Shown: positions 18,970 through 27,705 of the stretch, in pieces
Position numbering within the stretch: the first letter of the stretch is position 1
Layout of the letters: the number at the start of each line of letters is the position of its first letter
IMG/VR virus record: IMGVR_UViG_3300043103_000165
Coordinates: 1 to 32,208 of that record
Strand: one strand, 5' to 3'
Length of the DNA stretch: 32,208 nt
From: a virus
Lineage: Duplodnaviria; Caudoviricetes
Position numbers and translations under genes: made by a program
Notes under the pieces: model-generated
Seen by the model: the letters and a program-made list of their open reading frames with translations, nothing else
Database searches by the model: none
Told to the model about the DNA's origin: nothing

Positions 18970-21183
18970 TTATCTCATGTTTTTAAAAGGACTGCGTGGT
19001 TTTTTCATAGAGTCGTTATTCCCAAACATAGATGAGTTTTGTCTACCCATGTGACGGAAAGGACTCACTTGTAATTTAGCATAATTATTTGACTTTTGCA
19101 AATTATCATCTTCTCTTTCAGTACGTTTAGTGTATCCTCTATTAGATTCTTGCACTTTTGCAAATGCAACCATTGCACAAAATGCAACTAACCTATCGAC
19201 GTTTAGTCCATCTCTATATGCTTGCATTTCTTTTAGTAGCATAATATCAGGAATTCTCTCTACGCCATATGTTGTTCTTACAATTGTTCCATCTGGTTTT
19301 GTCTCGTGATCTAACTCTTCCTCAATGAATTGCTGTGCATATGATATCAAATTACCTTTAAATAATGTACCAACGTTTCTCCATCCATATTCCTGAAAAA
19401 CATTTGCATTACTTTGTAATTCTTTTAAGAATAATATCTGACTTTTAGGCACCAAATATTTTTGTTTACGTTTAGCAATCATATATTGAATAAACAAACT
19501 TATGTTATTCTCAACAATTGTCCAAGCATTGTACCATTCTATAATAAGTTCTAATCTCTCATGTGTTTTTGTAAGGTCATCAAACCTTCCACACCATGCT
19601 GCTACAATCTTATCTCTTTCAATTGTCGATTCTATTGTACCATCAGCTTTGTGTTTAGTAACCTCCTGCGATGTTTTGTATACATATATAGAACACAACG
19701 AATCAGATGTTGTAGTTTTACCTTCTGCAACAGGGTCAATAGATGCATAATACTGTCCAAACTGTGGATCTTTATTTGGTTTTTCCCACACAACAATAAC
19801 ACCTTCCTTATGTTCTGTCTTAGGAGATATTGGAAACTCTGATATAGGTATTCTGTTAGATACTTTGGATACAATCTCCCCTGTCTCAGATCTATTTAAT
19901 TCTACAAATTCTTTATAGTATTCGTTATCTTCTATTCTTCTTATTTGTGCAGTAACCAAACCAGGATTAAACTTTGCTACTTTTCTACTAGCAAATGCTT
20001 CTTTTATATTAATTGGTTTTTGAGAAATACGTAATTGGTAATCTTCAGGATCCAAAGATTTTTTCCATATAATTCTTTCTTCCAAGATCATCTCTAATGC
20101 CTTGTCTACCAATGAGTTACCATAATCATCAATACATGGAATCATTGACCACTGCTCAGGAATAAATAAAGCACGCATTCCTATCTCACCAGATTCATCT
20201 ATAAGATTAGTTTCTACTGCAAGTACATCTTTACTGTCAGGATTTTCTAACATTTTACGTAGTGGCTCACACTGATCTAAATCCCCCACAGAACCAGCAG
20301 CAACAAATTGTCCAGTATAAATCATACCAGACTTCATTGCAGGAAGTAAGTACTCTATTGTTTGATTCATTTTAGGGGCAATACCTGCCTCCTCGTGAAA
20401 GAAAAAAGTACAAGGACCTCCTACACCATTTGTAGGATCTTTGTCCAATATAAGACCTGTAATTACAGATTTTAAACCTATGTCTCTTTTTCTACCTCCT
20501 TGGTTAATTTCAATCTTTTGTTCCCAGTTAAATATCTTATCAGGGTTACATGGTCTATACCATGCTGTATAAGAATTTAAAAAGTTACGATATTCTTCAA
20601 GAAAACGCCAGGTACCTTTTTCACCAATATAGTCTTTAAGAGATCCTGCAATTTTATTTACAGATCCTTCTTCAAACCAGAAGTAATTAATCATTTTAGC
20701 ACCGTGGTAGTAACTAGATGCAATCTGACGTTTCTTTAATATAACAGCATGTCTATAACTATGTCTACCAAGTTCTTCATATAGTGCCATATGATACTGT
20801 GCATCTCTGACACTTGCAAAACCAAAACGAGAAATCTCTTTATTGTATATAGGTAAAAAGTTTAACCACATGTAATAATCTCTTGTAAGATACCATGTGT
20901 TCTTTTTGTTCTTATATATTACACCATTTCTACATTTCCTTTTTTCTGCATCCCAATAGTCCGTATAGTCTTTAGAACGTATTGGAGCAAAACAGTAAAC
21001 CTTACCATTTTTTTCAAAGTTCTTTGCTTGTTCATTAAATTTTAATGATGTTTCATCAAATTCATATTTTCCAGGTTCTTTAAAACATGACCATAAAAAC
21101 TCTACAAATTCTTCACGAGTTTCGTAATCTGTTGATAACCATTCATTTACAGAATCATCATAGGTAGGTATACTTATGTACAT
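18970..21183 (-). CDS. terL: Terminase large subunit
   Basis: Walker A-like LKKRQIASSY, Walker B FFHEEAG, coupling motif GSVG, RNase H-fold SIDPV, VENN and C-terminal DRLVAF. Confidence 0.92.
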   Translation of the reverse strand: MYISIPTYDDSVNEWLSTDYETREEFVEFLWSCFKEPGKYEFDETSLKFNEQAKNFEKNGKVYCFAPIRSKDYTDYWDAEKRKCRNGVIYKNKKNTWYLTRDYYMWLNFLPIYNKEISRFGFASVRDAQYHMALYEELGRHSYRHAVILKKRQIASSYYHGAKMINYFWFEEGSVNKIAGSLKDYIGEKGTWRFLEEYRNFLNSYTAWYRPCNPDKIFNWEQKIEINQGGRKRDIGLKSVITGLILDKDPTNGVGGPCTFFFHEEAGIAPKMNQTIEYLLPAMKSGMIYTGQFVAAGSVGDLDQCEPLRKMLENPDSKDVLAVETNLIDESGEIGMRALFIPEQWSMIPCIDDYGNSLVDKALEMILEERIIWKKSLDPEDYQLRISQKPINIKEAFASRKVAKFNPGLVTAQIRRIEDNEYYKEFVELNRSETGEIVSKVSNRIPISEFPISPKTEHKEGVIVVWEKPNKDPQFGQYYASIDPVAEGKTTTSDSLCSIYVYKTSQEVTKHKADGTIESTIERDKIVAAWCGRFDDLTKTHERLELIIEWYNAWTIVENNISLFIQYMIAKRKQKYLVPKSQILFLKELQSNANVFQEYGWRNVGTLFKGNLISYAQQFIEEELDHETKPDGTIVRTTYGVERIPDIMLLKEMQAYRDGLNVDRLVAFCAMVAFAKVQESNRGYTKRTEREDDNLQKSNNYAKLQVSPFRHMGRQNSSMFGNNDSMKKPRSPFKNMR

Positions 21184-21353
21184 GTACTTAAAATTTTAAT
21201 TAGTTCATTTACATCTGCATGTGAATACATTTCATCTTCAGTTAATTCACCGTTCCAATATTTAGTATTGTTTTCTCTACTAAACGCAGACCATACTGAT
21301 TTATGGTGGTTATAATGTAAAATCCAATTATATAATATATCGTTTGTTTCCAT
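21174..21353 (-). CDS. 59-aa hypothetical protein; not in the ORF track
   Basis: Hand translation METNDILYNWILHYNHHKSVWSAFSRE...LIKILSTCT*. Its start overlaps the upstream stop (TAATG) and its end overlaps the terL start. Confidence 0.7.
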   Translation of the reverse strand: METNDILYNWILHYNHHKSVWSAFSRENNTKYWNGELTEDEMYSHADVNELIKILSTCT

Positions 21354-21868
21354 TACATTTGATCGTAAGCAATATTTTGTCCACCTCTTACAGAAGACTT
21401 TTGTTCTTCCATAAGGTCTTTATACGCACCTTTAAACGATAAACGAATCGGTTCAAATTTAACAGCAGCATTAACCAGAGAATTAATATTACCATCTCTA
21501 CCATGTTGTATTTCTGTCGTCTCCATGTACCTCCCCAACCTGTCCAACATACTTTTGATACCCATGTACGCACGAAACGTAGGAGTTTGATAAAGGGTCT
21601 CACACAATTTAAGAGCAGCGATGATAGCATCATCTTCAGTACTAAAAGTAATAGCAAGCTGCGAAAATATAAGTTCTTCTTTCTCATGCTCTTGTACATC
21701 AAAAAATGGGTTAAGATCTGGATTAGGACAAGTCATATAAAACAAGTATGCATATATATTATGATAATCTTCTGGATATATATCCATTATAACTGCTAAA
21801 TCTTTTAATGTATGACAATGTTCTGTAGGTACAATTACACCATTACTAATATCAAATAGTCTTACCAT
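21353..21868 (-). CDS. Conserved hypothetical protein upstream of terL (possible small terminase)
   Basis: 171-aa helical ORF, translationally coupled. The function is inferred only from position. Confidence 0.6.
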   Translation of the reverse strand: MVRLFDISNGVIVPTEHCHTLKDLAVIMDIYPEDYHNIYAYLFYMTCPNPDLNPFFDVQEHEKEELIFSQLAITFSTEDDAIIAALKLCETLYQTPTFRAYMGIKSMLDRLGRYMETTEIQHGRDGNINSLVNAAVKFEPIRLSFKGAYKDLMEEQKSSVRGGQNIAYDQM

Positions 21869-22713
21869 TATTTTTTCTTTATTTTGTCTTTGTTGTTTTC
21901 ATACCATTTTAATACAGACAGCACCTCATCTTTTAAATAAGGCATTTCATACACTTCTATATTTTTAATAACTGGTTCTCCTTCTGGTGATAACTCTAAA
22001 ATAGGGTATCCAAACTCATCTGTTTCTTCTTTTTCATAGAAACTAATATGATGTATAATAAGTTTACCTGCTTTTAAGTTAGGGTTATGCTTCAATATAA
22101 TATACATATAAATACTGAGTTGTAGATTATAATGATTTAAATTACAGTCATCTAGGTGTGCAACAGGTCCTAACATTTTTTTAGATACACCTTCCCAATT
22201 TACAAAAGATGTCTGCTCTATTTTCTTATTAGTTTTGTAATCTGTAATATGTACTACTCCATCAGCCACTTCTACAAGATCAGATTGACCACATATACCT
22301 GCTGATTTTAAATACACCATGTGCTCAGGATAAATACCATCAACTAGTTTTTGTGTAGGTGCTAGTTTTTTACCTGAATCATCCATAATAGGTTTAACAA
22401 CAGGTAACTGCACATCATGTCTAACCATAGATTCACAACTAACAATATCTTGTTCACGCTGATCATGGTACCAGTTACCTAATGTACAAGCTCTATCTGC
22501 TTCTTTTTTCCAAGCTGCTTGAATTTGCTCAGGTGTCATTCCTTTCCACTTGTTGTCTTTCTTTTTATTTAAAGAACATTTTAGTGCAATTGCCTGAGAA
22601 TCAAATGGTTGCTTCAATGATCCTAACAAAGTAGTTACAGATAACCACTTAGTAACGTCTGCTGGATCTATCGAAACATAGGAATGTGTCGATGCTTCAA
22701 ATATTATTGCCAT
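21868..22713 (-). CDS. PD-(D/E)xK superfamily nuclease
   Basis: SVTT, GNWYH, E...GQSDLV...ITDYKT and YNLQLSIY are motifs of RecB/Cas4-like exonucleases. Confidence 0.85.
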   Translation of the reverse strand: MAIIFEASTHSYVSIDPADVTKWLSVTTLLGSLKQPFDSQAIALKCSLNKKKDNKWKGMTPEQIQAAWKKEADRACTLGNWYHDQREQDIVSCESMVRHDVQLPVVKPIMDDSGKKLAPTQKLVDGIYPEHMVYLKSAGICGQSDLVEVADGVVHITDYKTNKKIEQTSFVNWEGVSKKMLGPVAHLDDCNLNHYNLQLSIYMYIILKHNPNLKAGKLIIHHISFYEKEETDEFGYPILELSPEGEPVIKNIEVYEMPYLKDEVLSVLKWYENNKDKIKKK

Positions 22714-22716
22714 GAT

Positions 22717-23025
22717 TTATTTATTTATTTGGTTAATAATAGACTGTTCTTCTTCTTCTGTAACTTCAGCTTTCCAAAAATCTTTAGGGCAAGATGATGA
22801 AAGTGATCTTGTTTTAAACTTTAAAGAACAACCACACTCTGAACAACAGGGTTGTGTCCCTGGCACAGCACAATTTTTACCTATGTGATCAATATGCTCA
22901 CATAAAATACAAATTTGATTTCTATAAAATGCAATATCCTCAACATCTTTTGTTTTAAAGATATTGTTTTTGATACCCTCCGCAATTTTATTGCGGTCCT
23001 TCCAAATCCTGATTAAGTTTCCCAT
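22717..23025 (-). CDS. Small Cys-rich (Zn-binding-like) protein
   Basis: RxxICxxC...CCSECGCSLKFKTRSLSSSCPKDFW pattern. Confidence 0.7.
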   Translation of the reverse strand: MGNLIRIWKDRNKIAEGIKNNIFKTKDVEDIAFYRNQICILCEHIDHIGKNCAVPGTQPCCSECGCSLKFKTRSLSSSCPKDFWKAEVTEEEEQSIINQINK

Positions 23026-23401
23026 CTCTATATTCTTGTTTTTTTATGATTACTAGTTCTTTTCTATCTGCTTCTTGCTGCATTAATTCTTGCAGTTTTA
23101 TAAGTTGCTCAATATCAGTACGTCTCTGAATTATCATTTCATATGTCTGAACAGATATGTCTTCATCTTTTTCAATCTTAGCAACAAACCTCTGACTCAT
23201 TTGCAACTTCTCAGCTAAAGATTTTTTCTTAACTACAAAAGTACCAAGTCTTGGTACAATAACTGAATGATGCTCTATCGAAGAAAGCTTTTTTTGTAGA
23301 GTTTGGTAGAAGTACGATACAACGTCATCTACTAACTCAGTAGGTAAATTTAACTGCTCTGCAGTCATATCTACTATATGTTTTCTTTTAAGTGGATTCA
23401 A
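22988..23401 (-). CDS. HU/IHF-like DNA-binding protein
   Basis: Two N-terminal helices followed by VIVPRLGTFVVK, the HU/IHF signature. Confidence 0.75.
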   Translation of the reverse strand: MNPLKRKHIVDMTAEQLNLPTELVDDVVSYFYQTLQKKLSSIEHHSVIVPRLGTFVVKKKSLAEKLQMSQRFVAKIEKDEDISVQTYEMIIQRRTDIEQLIKLQELMQQEADRKELVIIKKQEYRDGKLNQDLEGPQ

Positions 23402-23777
23402 CTGATAAATAATTATAGTCTAATAATACGTTACCCTTTGAAAAAATATCAAACTCAGGATTTAACTCTATAGTCTTTCTTCCTGTTTTAGTTTTAATTA
23501 TGATATTACGTTTTTCTAATTTAACAATTTTATTTCTTATGTTCTGTGAACGTAATGATAATTCTTCAGGTGGGGTATCTGGATATAATTCTCTTGCAGC
23601 ATTTGCACAAAAGTGATTTAATCCCATAGGTCCCCACATCACCAATAAGGTAAGTATGTCTAAATCAGAAGCTATTAAATGCTCCTTTCTAAAAAACATT
23701 ATCTCTGTGATGAGTTGATACTTAATGCTATCATAAGTATTTATCCTCAATTTTTTTGTTACTTTTTTTACTTCCAT
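23388..23777 (-). CDS. Winged-helix-like DNA-binding protein
   Basis: SQNIRNKIVKLEKRNIIIK...IELNP resembles a recognition helix plus wing. Confidence 0.55.
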   Translation of the reverse strand: MEVKKVTKKLRINTYDSIKYQLITEIMFFRKEHLIASDLDILTLLVMWGPMGLNHFCANAARELYPDTPPEELSLRSQNIRNKIVKLEKRNIIIKTKTGRKTIELNPEFDIFSKGNVLLDYNYLSVEST

Positions 23778-23820
23778 CTCTTCTCTAAATGTTTGTTATT
23801 TCATACATATTGTACGATTT

Positions 23821-23838
23821 TGTACGGAATACCGTACA
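23821..23838. promoter_or_regulatory. Hairpin immediately 3' of the tmRNA
   Basis: TGTACGG-AATA-CCGTACA is a perfect 7-bp stem 5 nt from the tmRNA 3' end. Confidence 0.45.
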
Positions 23839-23843
23839 TTTTG

Positions 23844-24169
23844 TGGAGGTGGGGGGAGTCGAACCCCCGTCCAAACCATGATCAATAATACAATTTATAC
23901 AGCTTAATTGGGGTCAAGCTTACTTGACGATTCCACCACTCTATTTAATCTAATAGAGAAATCTTTTGAATCTAGGCTGCTAAACCAACTACTACATCCT
24001 CATTTAATAATGAGAATACTTTGTTCATATTAGCTTCTACTTGTGCGTTTGCTCCTAGAGCTACTACACCATTTGTGTTATTGCCATTTAATAAATTCAC
24101 CTTAGTTTACAGTTATCTCTCTGGCTGATTGTATTACTTACTAATGACCTGTCAAAACCAGTCACCCCC
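23844..24169 (-). ncRNA. ssrA: tmRNA (326 nt), phage-encoded
   Basis: 5' GGGGGTGACTGGTTTTGACAG and 3' GGACGGGGGTTCGACTCCCCCCACCTCCA. The acceptor stem has G3-U70 and discriminator A. Helix 2 pairs TAATACAAT-CAGC with GCTG..ATTGTATTA. The tag frame ends GLAA-TAG. CCA is not encoded. Confidence 0.93.
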
Positions 24170-24213
24170 TGACGGGAAAGCTATTTTTAAAGTAGATGCA
24201 CTCCCACGAACTA

Positions 24214-24405
24214 CTATTTTCTATCTAAAGATATGTTCTTACAAAATCTTATCTCCTTATTATTTAATGTCCATATCTCCCCATTATCCATTGCACATGT
24301 AAATAACAAATCGTGCTCTTGTGAATAATCAATAACTAAAAAAGCGTACCCTTCCATATTGTCAGATATTCTTTTTATAGGAATCATTGGGTTTAGTTGT
24401 AACAT
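24214..24405 (-). CDS. Small hypothetical phage protein
   Basis: 63-aa ORF (MLQLNPMIP...LVIDYSQEHDL...GEIW) between the tRNA-like element and the tmRNA. Confidence 0.7.
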   Translation of the reverse strand: MLQLNPMIPIKRISDNMEGYAFLVIDYSQEHDLLFTCAMDNGEIWTLNNKEIRFCKNISLDRK

Positions 24406-24423
24406 ATCATAAACTATTATTAG

Positions 24424-24493
24424 TTATCAGGACACGACTCGAACGTGTAACTACTCGGATAGACCTACGTTTTACCAGTTAAACTACCTGACT
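24424..24493 (-). tRNA. tRNA-like element with a shortened, non-canonical anticodon arm
   Basis: Acceptor GTCAGG/CCTGAT, D arm GTTT-AACTGGTA-AAAC and a perfect T arm ACACG-TTCGAGT-CGTGT. Only 20 nt separate the D and T arms. Confidence 0.55.
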
Positions 24494-24691
24494 TGTAGTA
24501 AGAGATGTTCTAAATGTTTGCATCAGATAGACTGGGACACATTACTACTTTTTGTTGCAATTGAAATACATCGTGTTGCAACTCACGCTAGCTAACGATC
24601 TAGTGGACATCCGCGCCAATGTAAATATACACCCGTCATTCCAACGCTTCGATCCTTATCCCTCATGATGGAGTCAGGCATAATACTTTAA

Positions 24692-25342
24692 TTAACCACC
24701 ATACTCAAAGTCAAGGATCTGACCTACTAAATCAGATCTATGATTCTCTTTGAGTTTGATCCATTCTATACCATCGATCTTTTTTGAAAGTTCAATAGCG
24801 TAAGAAAGTCCTGTGTAACTATCCTTGATATCCTTTTGTTCGTTATCACCATTGATGATAATTTTACCTGTCTTACCTAGTCTAGTTAGAATAGCTAACA
24901 TTTCCCCTTTTGACAAGTTCTGTGCCTCTTCCACCACAAGAATATCATCAATAGTTTTACCACGTATAAACTGCACAGGATAAGCAATAATCCTTTTTGC
25001 CTTAACCAACTCTTGAATTTTAAGTTTGTCATAACACTTCTCAAGATTCTCTTGAAATGCTTCCAAATAAGGATTGAATTTATCTTCAAGTGCTCCAGGT
25101 AGAAACCCTAAAGAATTTCCAACTTCAATTGTTGCTCTTGTAACAAATATATGATCACATTGTTTTGTCATCAAAAAGTCTAGTGCAGTCTGTGCACATA
25201 TCAAAGACTTACCACTTCCTGCTCTACCAGTTACAATCACAATCTGATTATCAATAATCAACTGCTTTGCTACCTTCTGTTCCTCATTCAATGTGACGTT
25301 ATACTTAACCTCAGATTTTCTTACTCTATTTGGTTCTTTCAT
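24692..25342 (-). CDS. phoH: PhoH-family ATPase
   Basis: GRAGSGKS, LGFLPG, FIRGKT, VEEAQN, LTRLG, GDNEQKD and HRS motifs. Confidence 0.92.
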   Translation of the reverse strand: MKEPNRVRKSEVKYNVTLNEEQKVAKQLIIDNQIVIVTGRAGSGKSLICAQTALDFLMTKQCDHIFVTRATIEVGNSLGFLPGALEDKFNPYLEAFQENLEKCYDKLKIQELVKAKRIIAYPVQFIRGKTIDDILVVEEAQNLSKGEMLAILTRLGKTGKIIINGDNEQKDIKDSYTGLSYAIELSKKIDGIEWIKLKENHRSDLVGQILDFEYGG

Positions 25343-25441
25343 TTTTTTTGTTTTAAAAACTATATCTACCTATACTTTAACGCCTTTGTGACTCAGAACT
25401 CTGCAGCGATAGGATTTCACCTGTATTATATAGTTTAATTA

Positions 25442-25729
25442 TTACCAGATAATTGCAACATCACCTTCACTGATAATCAAGTAAAGGACTTTATCGATGT
25501 CAATAATTTCTGCTTGTTGTATGCCATAGGTTGGTACATATACCTTATCACCAGCTTTCACTTCTTCAACATCATCACCAACAGCAAACACTTCAAGTGC
25601 TGTCCATTGTTTCATGTTTTCAGCTTCTAAAGCTGCTTTGGTTTCTGCACTAAGTTCAATTGAACTTTCTTTCAGTACGGGTTTGATAAGTAAAATTCTT
25701 CTACCGCGTAACTTTTTAAATAATTCCAT
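25442..25729 (-). CDS. GroES-like co-chaperonin
   Basis: 95 aa with RILL, VFAVGDDVEEVKAGDKVYV and IISEGDV, the cpn10 pattern. Confidence 0.75.
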   Translation of the reverse strand: MELFKKLRGRRILLIKPVLKESSIELSAETKAALEAENMKQWTALEVFAVGDDVEEVKAGDKVYVPTYGIQQAEIIDIDKVLYLIISEGDVAIIW

Positions 25730-25962
25730 TACTTTAAAATTTTGTCTATGTTATTAATTGTTTTTGTTGTTTCTGCTCTGCTTGTTTCAACTGCAGTAAG
25801 TTCATCAGATAACTCTTTAAGTTTTGCCTGAATATGGATACCATATTCTTTTTGCTCATCATGCAACTGTTTAAGTTCATCTTGCATAACAGTAAACACA
25901 TTTAAGATTCTGTTTTTCTTTGCAAGAAGAACGCTGCTTGTAATTGGTTGTTTACCAAACAT
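25729..25962 (-). CDS. Small coiled-coil hypothetical protein
   Basis: 77-aa ORF coupled to the next gene. Confidence 0.65.
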   Translation of the reverse strand: MFGKQPITSSVLLAKKNRILNVFTVMQDELKQLHDEQKEYGIHIQAKLKELSDELTAVETSRAETTKTINNIDKILK

Positions 25963-25965
25963 AAC

Positions 25966-26307
25966 CTATGACTTTTTAAGTTGTCTTTCTTTAGGTGCAT
26001 CTTCTGGTTGATCTGTAAGACCAATTACATCTCCAACTTTGATACCTTGAGCTGCAAGTTCTGGATTATTATCCATATCTTCTTGGGTTATAGTGTGCTC
26101 AACAATACCTGATGCAGGTTTACCAGCATTAGGTGCTGACCAATGTGCTTGTTTTGCTACAGCTTCAGCTCTGCGTGCTTCAAACTCAGCAGTTATACAT
26201 GCGATCTCAGCAAGTTGTTTACGAACTTCTGCTACTTCAATTTGCTCTTTGTAAAAAGCTAATACCTCATCTTTAGTAGGTACCTTTTTTTCTTCTGTTG
26301 TACTCAT
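25966..26307 (-). CDS. Hypothetical protein
   Basis: 113 aa, first gene of the leftward block, with a C-terminal HTITQEDMDNNPELAAQGIKVGDVI motif. Confidence 0.7.
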   Translation of the reverse strand: MSTTEEKKVPTKDEVLAFYKEQIEVAEVRKQLAEIACITAEFEARRAEAVAKQAHWSAPNAGKPASGIVEHTITQEDMDNNPELAAQGIKVGDVIGLTDQPEDAPKERQLKKS

Positions 26308-26334
26308 GGTTTTTTAAATTAATTAATTATATGA

Positions 26335-26382
26335 CAAATATATAAATAAAAGTTTAACTTTTACAAATTTATTTTATATTTG
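26335..26382. promoter_or_regulatory. Divergent pair of Bacteroidota-type -7 elements
   Basis: TATATTTG on the minus strand at 26335-26342 and on the plus strand at 26375-26382, each 20-30 nt before an ATG. Confidence 0.7.
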
Positions 26383-26404
26383 TACAACTTTAAATTAAAT
26401 TAAA

Positions 26405-26644
26405 ATGGAAGAAAGAGAATTAACCTTCGGGGAAAAATTGGTTGGAATAACATTCAACCCATCAGGCGATGAAAGAATAAACAGAGCTAAAGAACTTTGT
26501 GCTGAACTTGCAGACTTACTTTATCAAGATTATGATAACAGAGAAGAAGTAACAGACTTCTATGATTATCTTTATGAGCATGCAGTAGGAGAAATCCTGA
26601 ATGCACAAATGAATGCGGTTAAAGTTTTAACTTTTAAATACTAA
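26405..26644 (+). CDS. Acb2/Tad1-hairpin-like protein, candidate cyclic-nucleotide sponge
   Basis: 79-aa helical hairpin. FNPSG..RINRAKELCAELAD...AVGEILNAQMNAVKVLT resembles the Acb2/T4 Vs.4 C-terminal pattern (A..kl.eA.Mwa.rA). Recalled from memory, not searched. Confidence 0.55.
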   Translation: MEERELTFGEKLVGITFNPSGDERINRAKELCAELADLLYQDYDNREEVTDFYDYLYEHAVGEILNAQMNAVKVLTFKY

Positions 26645-26649
26645 CAAAT

Positions 26650-26997
26650 ATGAGGCATGTAGTAAAAGCTTGGGAAAAAATGTCTTTACCAAGAACAGAA
26701 GGAACAAAGGGTGGAAAGTTTTCAATAGAGATTGAAAATGCTGAAGATGTAAAAGGTGTAGCGCCTGTTGTGAAATTTACAATCCAATCAGATCCTATTG
26801 GAGAAGTTGGAGTAAATGGTTGTCAAGTAATTGATATGCTTGAGTATGTAAAATGTTTATTTGAAAGTCTTAATGAATCTTTTCCTTGCAGAGAAAATGC
26901 TTTAACAATTACTAAGATTGAAGAGGCTATTCACTGGCAAGAAGCAAGAACAAAAGATAGACTTAGAAGACAGGTAGAAGGACAAAACAAAGCATAA
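26650..26997 (+). CDS. tad1: Tad1-like Thoeris anti-defence sponge
   Basis: Q.DPIGEVGVNG...D...FPCRENALTITKIEEAIHWQEARTKDRLRRQVEG matches the Tad1 C-terminal signature F.xREN...T..EEA..W...R..DR..R.V.G. Confidence 0.8.
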   Translation: MRHVVKAWEKMSLPRTEGTKGGKFSIEIENAEDVKGVAPVVKFTIQSDPIGEVGVNGCQVIDMLEYVKCLFESLNESFPCRENALTITKIEEAIHWQEARTKDRLRRQVEGQNKA

Positions 26998-26998
26998 A

Positions 26999-27304
26999 AT
27001 GAAAACAGAAGTATTAAAATTCTATGCTACGTGGTGTGGACCATGTAAGATATTATCAAGTCGTTTAGAAGGCGTTGAAGGTATCACAGAAATTGACATT
27101 GAAAAGAATACGGAATTAGCACGTGAGTACCATGTACGTAATGTACCACTATTAGTTTTTCTAGTAGATGGAAAAGAGGTATATAGAAGCGTAGGTCTAA
27201 TGAGTAGGAATGCATACGATGCAAAACTTAAAGAGATTAACGACAGCAAAGAACTCAAAGATATCGAGGTAGTAGACGAAGAAGTTGTAAAACCAGAAGA
27301 GTAA
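26999..27304 (+). CDS. Thioredoxin
   Basis: FYATWCGPCK active site and cis-Pro motif VRNVP. Confidence 0.92.
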   Translation: MKTEVLKFYATWCGPCKILSSRLEGVEGITEIDIEKNTELAREYHVRNVPLLVFLVDGKEVYRSVGLMSRNAYDAKLKEINDSKELKDIEVVDEEVVKPEE

Positions 27305-27705
27305 TGGAACTAATATCTACACACCCTATCAAAAAATCAGATTTAGGATTTCATGGAAACCTATTTGGTGGTAAATTACTAGCATGGATGGATGCGGCAG
27401 CAGCTGCATATGCTATGCAAATATGTGATACACCAAGAATGGTAACTGTGATGATAGACCAATGTGTATTTAAAAAACCTGCCAGAGAGGGACAACTTAT
27501 AAAAATATATGGAGAGGTGTCCACTATAGGTACCACGTCAATAATTCTTTATATGGAAGCAAGGTCCCACAATGTATACTCAGGACTTCAATCGACGATA
27601 CTATCCACCAATATGAAATTCGTTAGGATAGATGAGGGTGGTGATCCAATACCAATATCAGAAAAAGTAAAACTTAAACACAACAGCAATGGCAATAATA
27701 ATTAA
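27304..27705 (+). CDS. Acyl-CoA thioesterase (hotdog fold, YciA-like)
   Basis: DLGFHGNLFGGKLLAWMDAAA, VTV, FKKP, GTTS and FVRID motifs. Confidence 0.88.
   Translation: MELISTHPIKKSDLGFHGNLFGGKLLAWMDAAAAAYAMQICDTPRMVTVMIDQCVFKKPAREGQLIKIYGEVSTIGTTSIILYMEARSHNVYSGLQSTILSTNMKFVRIDEGGDPIPISEKVKLKHNSNGNNN

Noticed and set aside
18970-21183. Intein or intron in terL
   Set aside because: The ORF is continuous with motifs in order, and no intein splice motifs (C...HN) or homing-endonuclease motifs were seen.
5368-21799. Numerous short opposite-strand or alternate-frame ORFs (e.g. 9308-9550, 15761-16150, 19561-19842, 21388-21702)
   Set aside because: They are nested in long, well-supported genes and show shadow-type composition with no motifs.
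21868-22713. cas4 as part of a CRISPR system
   Set aside because: There is no array or other cas genes and no four-Cys Fe-S pattern. It is a stand-alone phage PD-(D/E)xK nuclease.
23679-23888. 69-aa plus-strand ORF ending WRWGESNPRP
   Set aside because: It is the antisense reading of the tmRNA T-arm and the wHTH gene.
24400-24424. Theta (HDV-like) ribozyme after the tRNA-like element
   Set aside because: The 3' trailer is a short AT-rich spacer leading straight into the next ORF, with no nested pseudoknot.
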